A stretch of DNA of 64,000 bases from a virus (Duplodnaviria; Caudoviricetes), in IMG/VR virus record IMGVR_UViG_3300027759_000001; one strand, written 5' to 3'. Under the pieces are notes generated by a model. That model did not search any database, was not told the origin of the DNA, and saw nothing but the letters and a program-made list of their open reading frames with translations. A program made the position numbers and the translations under genes. Of the stretch, positions 18,452 through 27,700 are shown piece by piece (position 1 is the stretch's first letter; each line of letters begins with the position of its first letter).

Positions 18452-19218
18452 ACCTACAAGAAACCATAAGAAAAGTATTATCTGAAGAAACATTAAAGGA
18501 TAGTTTAACTGATCTAATTAAGACTGATGGTATTGAACGTGCATCAAAAACGGTTGGTGGTTTAACAAGGTTGGCAAAAATATTAGAACTTGATCTTGAT
18601 GACGTAGATACTCAAGAAATGTTGGTTAAAAATTTTATTTACCATACTAAAATTGATCAGATTGATGTGTCATTTATTGAGGTTAGACCATCTGCTAGTG
18701 GAGGTAAGATTCTTACCATTAATTTAAAAACTGATGATACTGCGTCAAATGTAACAAGTTGGTATGTGCATGAGATATGTAATTATTTTAATGGGAGACA
18801 GGACTCACCAGAAGTGAATAAAAAATTATTTCCTTTTAAAGTAAAACCAGCATGGCATCCTGTTTTTGCTTTAAGTGGATGTAAAATATTTTTAGATGCT
18901 GAGATAGTTGATGATGAAGAAGATGATGAGGACTTAATGGAATCTAAACAGAAAGGACCAAGAGAAATACCAAATGAATTAAAACGAAGATCACAACGTT
19001 TAGATGATCTAATTGTAAAGGTAATAAAAGATATAGAAATATGTGAGTATAATACACCTGATGAGTTTATTTATGTGGTTGTTGACGAACTTATATGGGA
19101 GTTAAGAGATGACTACCATGGAGACCTTAATAAGTTAGATAAATTTGATGTGACACAATATGTGTATGACTTCAAATACCGTGAGTTAGAAGATTATTTT
19201 CTTGAGAGTTGTCAATAA
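18448..19218 (+). CDS. MNLQE-leader protein with C-terminal RR-domain after DLME linker
   Basis: MNLQETIRKVLSEE; ELKRRSQRLDDLI...ICEY. Confidence 0.75.
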   Translation: MNLQETIRKVLSEETLKDSLTDLIKTDGIERASKTVGGLTRLAKILELDLDDVDTQEMLVKNFIYHTKIDQIDVSFIEVRPSASGGKILTINLKTDDTASNVTSWYVHEICNYFNGRQDSPEVNKKLFPFKVKPAWHPVFALSGCKIFLDAEIVDDEEDDEDLMESKQKGPREIPNELKRRSQRLDDLIVKVIKDIEICEYNTPDEFIYVVVDELIWELRDDYHGDLNKLDKFDVTQYVYDFKYRELEDYFLESCQ

Positions 19219-19314
19219 AGAATATACGATATTAAATAAAAATAATTAAAATTATGGATGTTTTGAATATACTTATTTTATGTAGATAATACATAAAAAA
19301 AAGACAATAAAAAA

Positions 19315-19929
19315 ATGACAATTACAGAACAGAGATTACAAGAATTAACTAAGATTGCCCCAACAGTATCAGTCAAAATGGATATGGAATGGTTGAGTTC
19401 AACAACAAACACCGCAGACTTTCAGATCCGATTAACAAACACTGGTACATCAGTGATTAAATTAAATGCTTTGATTATTCGTGGTGTTCATTCACCAAAG
19501 ATAACGACAGGAACTATAACATGGAAGGCGTTAAATGACAATACTGATCCATCATGGTTAGGATGGCCTAAAAAAGGAACAGATAACTTACCATATATCT
19601 CAGGACAAAGGAAATTAAATTTCTCTTCAGCAACAAATATCTTTACCAATGAAACGTCTCCTATCATACCAACGGGAACAGGAGTAGTGGTTGGAACCTT
19701 TAGGGTTTCAACAACAACAACATGGAACCCAAATAGCAACTTTGGTTTTGTATGGGAAATGACAACAGGTGGAGTTGTTGGTTATGTAAATTTTGAAACA
19801 CAGTCTTCAACTACATCACTACCAGTTGGTTTTATGCATTACGGACCAACAACAAATACAAATATAGGTAAATGTTTAACGGTAACATCACCTAATGAAC
19901 AAATATTAAATAACAGTCCAAAGATATAA
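19315..19929 (+). CDS. Hypothetical Thr/Gly-rich, probably beta-rich protein
   Basis: 204 aa ORF with TATTTAT upstream and terminator downstream. Confidence 0.7.
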   Translation: MTITEQRLQELTKIAPTVSVKMDMEWLSSTTNTADFQIRLTNTGTSVIKLNALIIRGVHSPKITTGTITWKALNDNTDPSWLGWPKKGTDNLPYISGQRKLNFSSATNIFTNETSPIIPTGTGVVVGTFRVSTTTTWNPNSNFGFVWEMTTGGVVGYVNFETQSSTTSLPVGFMHYGPTTNTNIGKCLTVTSPNEQILNNSPKI

Positions 19930-19942
19930 TAAACTATTAAAG

Positions 19943-19969
19943 ATCCTTCACTAATAATGGGGGATTTTT
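19943..19969 (+). terminator. Rho-independent terminator
   Basis: ATCCTTCA/TGGGGGAT stem followed by T-run. Confidence 0.65.
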
Positions 19970-19992
19970 ATTTATTAACATATTTATCTAAT

Positions 19993-20022
19993 ATGAACCT
20001 ACAAGATAACATTTTTAAATGA
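19993..20022 (+). other. Truncated MNLQE-leader mini-ORF (MNLQDNIFK*) overlapping the next start
   Basis: ATGAACCTACAAGATAACATTTTTAAATGA; TATTTAT 5 nt upstream; ATGA overlap with 20019. Confidence 0.75.
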
Positions 20023-20357
20023 AACGACTTGATACCCTATTAGAACTTTTAAAAACTTATGATTTACCATATGGGGAATACGCAGTGTTTGGTTCGGCTC
20101 CTCTTGTTATTACGGGAATGATTAAAGACGTTAATGACCTTGATGTCATTATAAAGCCTAGATATTGGAGTTTTGATGGTGATGGAGAATATAGGACCAA
20201 TGATATTGAATTTTTTGATAATTGGCCAGGTTTTGATGTTGACGATTTAATTGACAATCACACATTTGAATTTAATGGTGTGTTGTTTGTTTATCCTGAA
20301 AAGGTTATTGAATATAAACGAAAACTAAATAGAATAAAAGATAAAGGGTTATTTTAA
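20019..20357 (+). CDS. Minimal pol-beta-type nucleotidyltransferase-like protein
   Basis: VFGSAPL...G...DVNDLDV motif. Confidence 0.65.
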   Translation: MKRLDTLLELLKTYDLPYGEYAVFGSAPLVITGMIKDVNDLDVIIKPRYWSFDGDGEYRTNDIEFFDNWPGFDVDDLIDNHTFEFNGVLFVYPEKVIEYKRKLNRIKDKGLF

Positions 20358-20363
20358 TCATAT

Positions 20364-20702
20364 ATGAACCTACAAGAAAACATACAAAGAATTAGAGAAA
20401 TGATGGGGGTTAACGAATCTTTTTTAGATTGGTTTAAATCATCCGACAGTAATAATGACGATGAGGATTTTTTAAAATCTGAAGAAGAAAGATTTACTTG
20501 TTCCGATTGCGGAGAAAAAGATTATAGTATGTACATGGTTAATGATGAGATATGGGACGAACATGGTAATGATAAATTAACTTTATGTAAGAGTTGTTTA
20601 GAAAAAAGAATGGGAAGGAAATTAACCAAAAAAGATATTTCACAACATAAAGATGCGTTAGTTAATATACATAATCCTGAAATGAAAGATTTAGAATATT
20701 AA
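20364..20702 (+). CDS. MNLQE leader + Zn-binding phage domain
   Basis: CSDC...YMV.DEIW...LCKSCLEKRMGRKL. Confidence 0.75.
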   Translation: MNLQENIQRIREMMGVNESFLDWFKSSDSNNDDEDFLKSEEERFTCSDCGEKDYSMYMVNDEIWDEHGNDKLTLCKSCLEKRMGRKLTKKDISQHKDALVNIHNPEMKDLEY

Positions 20703-20703
20703 T

Positions 20704-21063
20704 ATGAACCTACAGGAGAACATACAAAGGATTAGATCAATGATGAATCTGAATGAGTCAGATAAAAATAAGATTTGGTTATTAAGAAGACTGGAAACCC
20801 AAGATATAAAAGATTACCTAAATGAACAAATTGATAGTTTAACCGATCAAATTAGTCCTTGTGGTTATAGTACATCTGAAGATTATAAAGATGTAATTTT
20901 TGAAGTTGCAAGTTCTAATTTTATTAATCATTTTAGTGATGAACTTTATGTTAAACATGAAATGTCAGAAATTGAAGAAATTATATGGGACTTATTAACT
21001 AAAAAATATGGTAATTACCTTATAAATCAATTTGACGGTAGAATCTGTGATGATGAGTATTAA
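20704..21063 (+). CDS. MNLQE leader + RR-domain
   Basis: MNLQENIQRIRSMMNLNES...WLLRRL...SPCGY. Confidence 0.8.
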   Translation: MNLQENIQRIRSMMNLNESDKNKIWLLRRLETQDIKDYLNEQIDSLTDQISPCGYSTSEDYKDVIFEVASSNFINHFSDELYVKHEMSEIEEIIWDLLTKKYGNYLINQFDGRICDDEY

Positions 21064-21064
21064 T

Positions 21065-21385
21065 ATGAACCTACAGGAACACATAAGAAAAGTATTAAAG
21101 GAAAACAATAATGGATCAAAATTCTTTCATAGAAGAATTGATTTAGATGAGGTTAAATGGTTACTTTCAATTAATGCAGAACAAATATTTCATGAAACAA
21201 AAAGTTTTAAACAATTTAAATATGAAGTAACTTTAAGGGCAGTGGAATCAATTATGTGGAATGAACATGGAATCGGGTGGGAAGATTTACCTGAACAAGA
21301 AGAAATAGATTTTGTTACAAAAGTATCAGATATGTTTGAGTACATGATTATAGATTTATATAAACATATTCGTGGTAAGTTATAG
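21065..21385 (+). CDS. MNLQE leader + RR-domain (start revised)
   Basis: MNLQEHIRKVLKE...FFHRRID. Confidence 0.75.
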   Translation: MNLQEHIRKVLKENNNGSKFFHRRIDLDEVKWLLSINAEQIFHETKSFKQFKYEVTLRAVESIMWNEHGIGWEDLPEQEEIDFVTKVSDMFEYMIIDLYKHIRGKL

Positions 21386-21414
21386 ATCCTCCATTGTAGA
21401 ATGGGGGATTTTTT
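21385..21414 (+). terminator. Rho-independent terminator
   Basis: ATCCTCCATT/AATGGGGGAT stem followed by T-run. Confidence 0.75.
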
Positions 21415-21549
21415 GTATATTTGTAATGTAGTCAGTTATTAATCATTAAAAAAAATATAGTTATGGAATTAAGTGTGGGGTTATTAGGTATTTGTGTATT
21501 AATTTTAATTGCCGTGTGGGATTTAAATAGTTAAAATAAACTTTGTGAT

Positions 21550-22239
21550 ATGTTAAAAGTATTAGTTTTAGGTCAAGGAAAATTAGGAACGGAGATAACC
21601 TACCAAACAAGGTGGGATAGTTTATCAAGAGGTAAGGATAACATAGATGTAAATAATTTTGATGAATGGGTTCATAAGATGAACGGATATGACGTAATTG
21701 TAAACTGTATTGCAAACACAAACACCTACTCCAACATAAAAGAAGAACACTGGAATGTTAACTATAAATTTGTATCACAACTTGTAACGTATTGTAATGA
21801 GATGGGATCAAAGTTAGTACATATATCAACGGACTATGTATACGCAAACTCAGTAGAATTAGCAAAAGAAACAGATGTTCCTGTACACGATAATAATTGG
21901 TATTCATATACTAAACTATTAGGTGATTCACATATAGAGTTAATGTCAAACAATTATCTTATCTGTAGATTATCACACAAAGATAATCCATTTACTTATG
22001 ACCATGCGTGGACAGATGTAAAAACAAATGCTGACTACACTGACGTAATATCATCATTGGTTGTGGGATTAATTAATTCTGATGTGAAAGGAATATATAA
22101 TGTGGGAACGGAAGAGAAAACAATATATGATTTGGCGAAGAAAACAAAAGTAGATGTGAAAGAAACATTATCACCAACACACGTACCAAAGAATGTTACT
22201 ATGGATATAAGTAAGTTATTAAAACTAAGGAAAGTATAA
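21550..22239 (+). CDS. rmlD: dTDP-4-dehydrorhamnose reductase-like SDR
   Basis: VLVLGQGKLG, IVNCIA.T, HISTDYVY, Y.YTKL motifs. Confidence 0.75.
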   Translation: MLKVLVLGQGKLGTEITYQTRWDSLSRGKDNIDVNNFDEWVHKMNGYDVIVNCIANTNTYSNIKEEHWNVNYKFVSQLVTYCNEMGSKLVHISTDYVYANSVELAKETDVPVHDNNWYSYTKLLGDSHIELMSNNYLICRLSHKDNPFTYDHAWTDVKTNADYTDVISSLVVGLINSDVKGIYNVGTEEKTIYDLAKKTKVDVKETLSPTHVPKNVTMDISKLLKLRKV

Positions 22240-22247
22240 AATGTGAG

Positions 22248-22976
22248 TTAATCGCAACTGACTAACTCACAATCTTCCATTCCCTCAACGTACTCTAACA
22301 GGTTGGTTAAAAGTTTTCCATCAAAATCAGTGAACCATTCACCTTTAACTTTTCTGTCTGAAAACTTGTTATGAATTCTACTTTCAATTAACTCAACACC
22401 CATACCTTTAACAAACCAAGTCTTCTCAACCGAAATATCATATGGACATGAAGTATTAAGTATACGAAGTCTGTCACTTAAGTTATGAGTAATTCCTATT
22501 TTTTTAATAGGGTTTGAAGATAGATCAGGGTGAGTAGAGTCGTATTTTAAAAAATATAGAATACCTTTACTTACTTTGTAGTAATTGATGATCTGTTTTC
22601 TTGCAATTACAGGACTAAAGTTTCCTTTTTTATATAGTTCCGATACCAATATATCATCTCTTTTTAAATCCATCTCATAATAACCTTTTTTTATAAAGTC
22701 AATAAGTTGTAACGGTTTCCATTTATGTATTAATAACATCTTAGTAAAGAATAAGTCATGAGTATCATTTATAAGGTGGTAATGAATGTCATCAATTTTA
22801 TCGGCAATGTATTTTCCGTAGTGAGGCCAATACTTAGTCATTCTAGATAAGATCATTTTACCTCTATCGTATTTTTCTTTTTTATGTAAGTCATTACGTT
22901 TACCTTGCATCCTAGGATACATTTCTATGGATTCAATAAAATAAAGTCGCTCTTTGTTTAATTCTTCAATATTCAT
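22248..22976 (-). CDS. T5orf172/GIY-YIG domain protein
   Basis: LYFLK...KIGIT.N...RL..LNTSCP...IES.IH.KF...VKGEWF. Confidence 0.8.
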   Translation of the reverse strand: MNIEELNKERLYFIESIEMYPRMQGKRNDLHKKEKYDRGKMILSRMTKYWPHYGKYIADKIDDIHYHLINDTHDLFFTKMLLIHKWKPLQLIDFIKKGYYEMDLKRDDILVSELYKKGNFSPVIARKQIINYYKVSKGILYFLKYDSTHPDLSSNPIKKIGITHNLSDRLRILNTSCPYDISVEKTWFVKGMGVELIESRIHNKFSDRKVKGEWFTDFDGKLLTNLLEYVEGMEDCELVSCD

Positions 22977-23149
22977 AGGTGTAAATTTTAAATAGGGGAG
23001 ATTGACAGGAGAACTTCCCGTGATTTAATACAAATATAAATAAATAAAAACATATAAACAAGAAATATTTAAAAATTATACCTGATACATTTTTCATGTA
23101 TAAACAATTACCGTTTATATAAACAAGACTAATCTTTACTGTAATGAGG

Positions 23150-23950
23150 TTAAAGTATCTTTGACCCTTTTTTTAGGTTATCAGTTGCCCATAAAGGTTG
23201 TAAGTTGGTATAATGATTAAGTTTAATAATTTCCTCCTTTATCTTTGTTGATGATAATGGAATTATGTGATCAATATGCCAACCAATAGGACCATAATTA
23301 TCCCAAGACATTCCGTCAACAAATTTAGTTTCTATATAATCACGTAATTCCTGAGGGGTACAACCGATCATTTCATAGGTTGATTTTGATATCCTACTCA
23401 TAATACCAATTAATTTTAAATACGACCTAAGTCTATTTCTTAAGTTTGTTGTTAGTCGAAAAGACTCATCAACCTCCCTTCTTTTTTTAACGTACTTTGT
23501 CTGTCGTTTACTTATGTGTTCCGAATTATCTTTAGTGTATTGTTTTTTTTGATTTCCTATAGATTCTGAATTATTTTTGTAATATTCACGAGTAACTTTA
23601 ACCCTACATTCTTTACATGCAGTGTTTAATCCATCTGATGTAATTCTAAGTTTACCAAAACACGACTTTTCTAAAATTTTTAAACAACTATAACAGTATT
23701 TCATACCTAATCTTTTAGACTCCTCAATAACGTCATTTTCTTTAATGACATCCTCCAAACTCATATTTCTTTTTTTAGAACTTTTTTTAAGTTGACGTAT
23801 TTTAACGGATTCTTCAGTCTCGTTTTCTTTTCTATATTTTTTTATACATGATTTACAATCAATATTTAACCCATCTTTTATTACAATGTTTTTATAGAAA
23901 TTTTCTTTTGGTTGTAATAACCCACATTTGCGACAAACTTTATTTTCCAT
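23150..23950 (-). CDS. HNH homing-endonuclease-like protein with two CxxC finger repeats (start 23950 or 23959)
   Basis: C.KC...K..F...DGL...CK.C twice; MSWDNYG..WHIDHIIP...HYTNLQPLW...NLKK. Confidence 0.85.
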   Translation of the reverse strand: MENKVCRKCGLLQPKENFYKNIVIKDGLNIDCKSCIKKYRKENETEESVKIRQLKKSSKKRNMSLEDVIKENDVIEESKRLGMKYCYSCLKILEKSCFGKLRITSDGLNTACKECRVKVTREYYKNNSESIGNQKKQYTKDNSEHISKRQTKYVKKRREVDESFRLTTNLRNRLRSYLKLIGIMSRISKSTYEMIGCTPQELRDYIETKFVDGMSWDNYGPIGWHIDHIIPLSSTKIKEEIIKLNHYTNLQPLWATDNLKKGSKIL

Positions 23951-23959
23951 AATAAACAA

Positions 23960-25173
23960 ATATAGTTAATCTAATTTATTTAGTAAAACAAAATTAATAA
24001 GAGTATAGGATCAATTTACTCATTCCATCCTACCGTTCGTAAACTCACTACGGATTTCATTCCTAATTTTATCCTATACTCTTTTACCGTCATACTCTGA
24101 CCATACGGTAAAATGTAAGTTATTTACCGTTTACATTCCTATTAAGGATATGTCCTATATTTTACCACATATCCTTTATCGTAATGGGGATTACTGTAAT
24201 GTACATTTCGTTTACATGATGAGGTTATCAGGTATAGAAAGTTTACATTATATAATAGGTTAATCGGAATATATCCGTTTATCTATGATGTTGTTTACAG
24301 TAAACAGGTTAGTGTAAACCATTCGTATATGGATTCGTATATATACGGATAAATACGTATATAAGTCCACAACCTTATATGGTAAAATATAATTTACAAA
24401 CTAAGGGGTATTTGTAAAAAGTATTTTCAGTTATCTAATGTACACTTAATCGACATGATCCATTCTAATGTCGAAAAAACACAAAAAAATCGACATGAGT
24501 AAACTTATACCCGATAGGGTATTAAATTATACCTTTAGTAAACAATTATACCTTATCGGGTATAAATTTCCCCCACATAAACTAATGACCCCATTTATAA
24601 GTAGACAAATCCATTACACATTTTGCGTAACACATTATGTATAATTGTATGGGAGACCAAATGGTCTTGATGAAGGTAATTGTTATGGTGTGTTATTAGT
24701 TGGTAGATGAAAGGGACAATGAGTCTTATAAGGGAAATAACCCTATGGGTTTGTGTAGTATAAGAAACATTATGTCCCCACTTATTACCACTTTACTTGT
24801 ATGTATTAGTTGTCTATTTTTAAGGGGTCAAAGGTTGAAAGGAACTTAAGTTGGACACTAAAGTGGTCGTTGAAGTTATCTTTTAGTGATCTACTAACGT
24901 CCTAAAGGACTGTCCACGGCTTATGTACCATAACTTCATATATTTAGCTGGAGTTTTTGTATATGGAAAAAAGTGGTCCTGTAGGTATCTACAGAGGGGA
25001 TTTATTGGTCTTTACACTATCATCAGGTATGATTGTGGTGGTAAGAAGTGGTAAGTATATACTATAGTAAAAGTGGGAGAAAGTGGTAAAATCATTGTGT
25101 AGTGACGCGAACGAGCCTGACATTTTGACAAAAACAAGTTTTTTAACATATTTATTTATTAACAATCCCCATT
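23960..25173. other. About 1.2 kb non-coding region with iterated motifs and inverted repeats (origin/regulatory candidate)
   Basis: No ORF of 60 aa or more in the track; 15 TTTAC/GTAAA in 24015-24418; several AAGTGG/CCACTT; IRs at 23999/24071 and about 24506/24548. Confidence 0.5.
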
Positions 25174-25473
25174 ATGGAAGAGATATTAGAAGTTTTCAAC
25201 AAAGTTATTAACAAAAGTGGTAGTACCATAACCCTGACATATTGTCACCATAACTTTTCTGGCACGTGTGTTTACGAACAGGTGACTACAAAGGGACTAA
25301 AGAAACCAATTGTTCAAAACTTTTTGGTATTAACTTCAACTGACATGGGAGATGTGATAGAGTATGTGCACAAAAAATCCCCACTATCAAGTGAGGATCT
25401 TACATCTATGAATAAACTAATCAGAGATCATTCGTTGTTGGTAGTTGAGAACTACCTTAATGATCACCATTAG
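25174..25473 (+). CDS. Hypothetical protein
   Basis: 99 aa ORF after TATTTAT motif. Confidence 0.55.
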   Translation: MEEILEVFNKVINKSGSTITLTYCHHNFSGTCVYEQVTTKGLKKPIVQNFLVLTSTDMGDVIEYVHKKSPLSSEDLTSMNKLIRDHSLLVVENYLNDHH

Positions 25474-25632
25474 GTCGGGGGGTCAAGGTCTTCATCGGTA
25501 ATTAAAGTCCTACGGATCCAGTTCCCCAATTTAGAGTGGGGGAACCTAACTAGGATGAAGACACAGAGTATAAGTAATAATAGGTACATTATAGACACAA
25601 TGGCCAAATACAATAATATATTACTTAATATG

Positions 25633-25728
25633 TTAATTATCGTCATCATTATTATATATCCAATTAAAAATTACCAACCCAAATATTATTATCCATAACA
25701 CAACATATACATCTATGTTACTATTCAT
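25633..25728 (-). CDS. Tiny single-TM protein
   Basis: MNSNIDVYVVLWIIIFGLVIFNWIYNNDDDN; ATG 4 nt after TACCTTTG (25733-25740). Confidence 0.5.
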   Translation of the reverse strand: MNSNIDVYVVLWIIIFGLVIFNWIYNNDDDN

Positions 25729-25813
25729 AATACAAAGGTAGGTAAAATAAATCTTGGGGACAAGTGTTACGAGTAAATAATTATCAGACCCTTATTTTTT
25801 TTTATAAGGTAGG

Positions 25814-25877
25814 TTGGAGTCTACACTCCAAGGGGATATACTTTCCCCCAGCCCGTTTCGGACTTAACCACCAACAT
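25814..25877 (-). ncRNA. Candidate small structured RNA (three consecutive hairpins)
   Basis: Follows TACCTTTG (25880-25887); stems GTCCG/CGGGC, GGGGA/TCCCC, TTGGAGT/ACTCCAA. Confidence 0.3.
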
Positions 25878-25924
25878 AACAAAGGTACAAATTATTTTTG
25901 ACATAACCTAATATTTATAGTAGT

Positions 25925-26419
25925 ATGTTAACAAAAAAACAAGAACAGGGGTTAAGGATATTGGAGAGTATAGTCCAATCACAATATCCATTCGTGGTGT
26001 CACTAAGTAAGTCAGATAAATATAGATTAGATGAATACGCAACAACAATGGGGATCATATTAGAGATAGATCCAACTACATTAAGTAAGTTCGTAGGTCT
26101 ACCATTCGCCAAGAAGTTTAAGGAGACCCCAAGTATATGGGATTACTATATGAGGGATCGTGATCTATCATATATCCTTCACCTGTTTGAAGATGAACAC
26201 CAACACATAATGGGGTGGCAGTTTAACAAAGGTATGGAAGAGTTCATTACTAAGGTATACAGTCAACTCCCCACCAACATGAGGGTGAACATATATAGTG
26301 ATTCCCCTGACTATGACATACCTGATTGGGCAAGGAGAACATTACATAGTCCGAGATCATTAACCATTGATAGATTCTTCTTGGCACCAGATAGTAAACC
26401 TCCTAAGTTTGAGGACTGA
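25925..26419 (+). CDS. Hypothetical protein with atypical codon usage
   Basis: 164 aa ORF; TATTTAT 6 nt upstream; mostly AAG/TTC codons. Confidence 0.7.
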   Translation: MLTKKQEQGLRILESIVQSQYPFVVSLSKSDKYRLDEYATTMGIILEIDPTTLSKFVGLPFAKKFKETPSIWDYYMRDRDLSYILHLFEDEHQHIMGWQFNKGMEEFITKVYSQLPTNMRVNIYSDSPDYDIPDWARRTLHSPRSLTIDRFFLAPDSKPPKFED

Positions 26420-26460
26420 CACCATGTCATGTTCATAACTTCTTATAACTAAACTTATAC

Positions 26461-26675
26461 ACCCCCCATTGTTAATAACTTTATATATGACAAGGGGATC
26501 CTGGCATACCCCCTCCCATATGGGGGTCTTGGCATATGTACCCCTCCCCCCCTCCGTATCCCCCCCATATATGACATTTTGACAGGTAGAAAGGGGGTTC
26601 AATGGCGTGAATGAAATATTGGTAAAAAAAATTCTGGAAAAATTTTTGGGAAAAAATTGGAACTATTTCCCCATT
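26461..26675. other. C-tract/G-tract cluster followed by A/T tracts
   Basis: CCCCTCCCCCCCTCCGTATCCCCCCC at 26541-26566; CCCATATGGG palindrome; AAAAAAAATTCTGGAAAAATTTTTGGGAAAAAATTGG. Confidence 0.6.
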
Positions 26676-26708
26676 CCAATTATAGAGTGATGGTATATTT
26701 ATTGGTAT

Positions 26709-27014
26709 ATGAATCACAAGTTAAAAAAAATTGTTAGGGGGGTATTAAGGGAAGAAATGAAACCCCCAAATTATATCAAGAGAAGATATATTTGTATGGA
26801 TAAATATATAACAAAATTAGAAAATGGGGAAGAAACCCTCCCTATAAGAATAAGACGATTAGATTGGACTCATTACCAAATAATAGTGACCGCTTTTATA
26901 AGATCTAATTGTGACGATGGTGATGGGTATTATGATCCAATTATACATTCAAAGATTATGGATACATTTGGTGATAGATTATATGAATGGTATAACGATA
27001 ATATTGATATATGA
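26709..27014 (+). CDS. KKIVRGVLREE leader + RR-domain variant
   Basis: MNHKLKKIVRGVLREE...YIKRRY. Confidence 0.7.
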   Translation: MNHKLKKIVRGVLREEMKPPNYIKRRYICMDKYITKLENGEETLPIRIRRLDWTHYQIIVTAFIRSNCDDGDGYYDPIIHSKIMDTFGDRLYEWYNDNIDI

Positions 27015-27355
27015 ATAACAAGTTAAAAAAAATTATTAGGGGAGTATTAATGGAATCTTTAACTGAGTCAGAACCTCTTTGGTATAGATTACCTAATAAT
27101 ATACTTAATGAATTGGGGATTGAATTATATAACCCTGATGATGAGGCTTATGTTGTTGAGATACATTTTGATACTAAGAACGTATTGATTCAATTATATA
27201 CAGTAGAATTTAACGAATTGGTTCCGTATTGGAATTCTAATCAAATACCTGGTAATATAAAAGATAATTTTGATATACCTTTAAGTGAAATCCCAAAAAG
27301 TTTAAAAAGTCTTATCTTTAGAAGATTAAACCCTAGTTATCACAAATACCTATGA
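27011..27355 (+). CDS. KKIIRGVLME-leader hypothetical protein
   Basis: 5' end nearly identical in DNA to 26709. Confidence 0.7.
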   Translation: MNNKLKKIIRGVLMESLTESEPLWYRLPNNILNELGIELYNPDDEAYVVEIHFDTKNVLIQLYTVEFNELVPYWNSNQIPGNIKDNFDIPLSEIPKSLKSLIFRRLNPSYHKYL

Positions 27356-27633
27356 AGATCATTATAACGGAATCACAATATAATAGAATATGGTTACTAC
27401 GAAGATATAAATTAGTCAGGGATAGTTTTGATGAAATTCTTATGTATATTAAAAATCCTTGTGTGTATGATTCTTTTGAACATTACGAAAGAACATTTGT
27501 GGATCTTATGTTGGATGAACTTCACCCCGAATATTATTTGATTGATAATTTTGATTATGAAGGGATGATCTCCGAACTAAAGGATATGTTCTATGTTGAG
27601 TTAACCGAATTATACTACGAACGTAATTGTTAA
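27352..27633 (+). CDS. MKIIITE leader + RR-domain
   Basis: MKIIITESQYNRIWLLRRY...NPCVY. Confidence 0.8.
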   Translation: MKIIITESQYNRIWLLRRYKLVRDSFDEILMYIKNPCVYDSFEHYERTFVDLMLDELHPEYYLIDNFDYEGMISELKDMFYVELTELYYERNC

Positions 27634-27700
27634 TATATTAATCCCCCCTTCAACAAATAGTTTTTTGTTTTATAAACTATTTATTAGTAAATAATATACT

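Noticed and set aside
19993-20022. Programmed -1 frameshift fusing the leader stub to the NTase
   Set aside because: The -1 frame has TAA (20016-20018) immediately before the NTase ATG, so slippage at TTT-AAA would terminate
22248-23950. HNH and GIY-YIG genes as intron-encoded endonucleases
   Set aside because: No interrupted host gene or group I intron core recognised; they appear free-standing
26360-26717. - strand ORFs 26360..26602 and 26481..26717
   Set aside because: They translate the C/G-tract island into low-complexity Gly/Pro/Phe strings; better explained as non-coding structure
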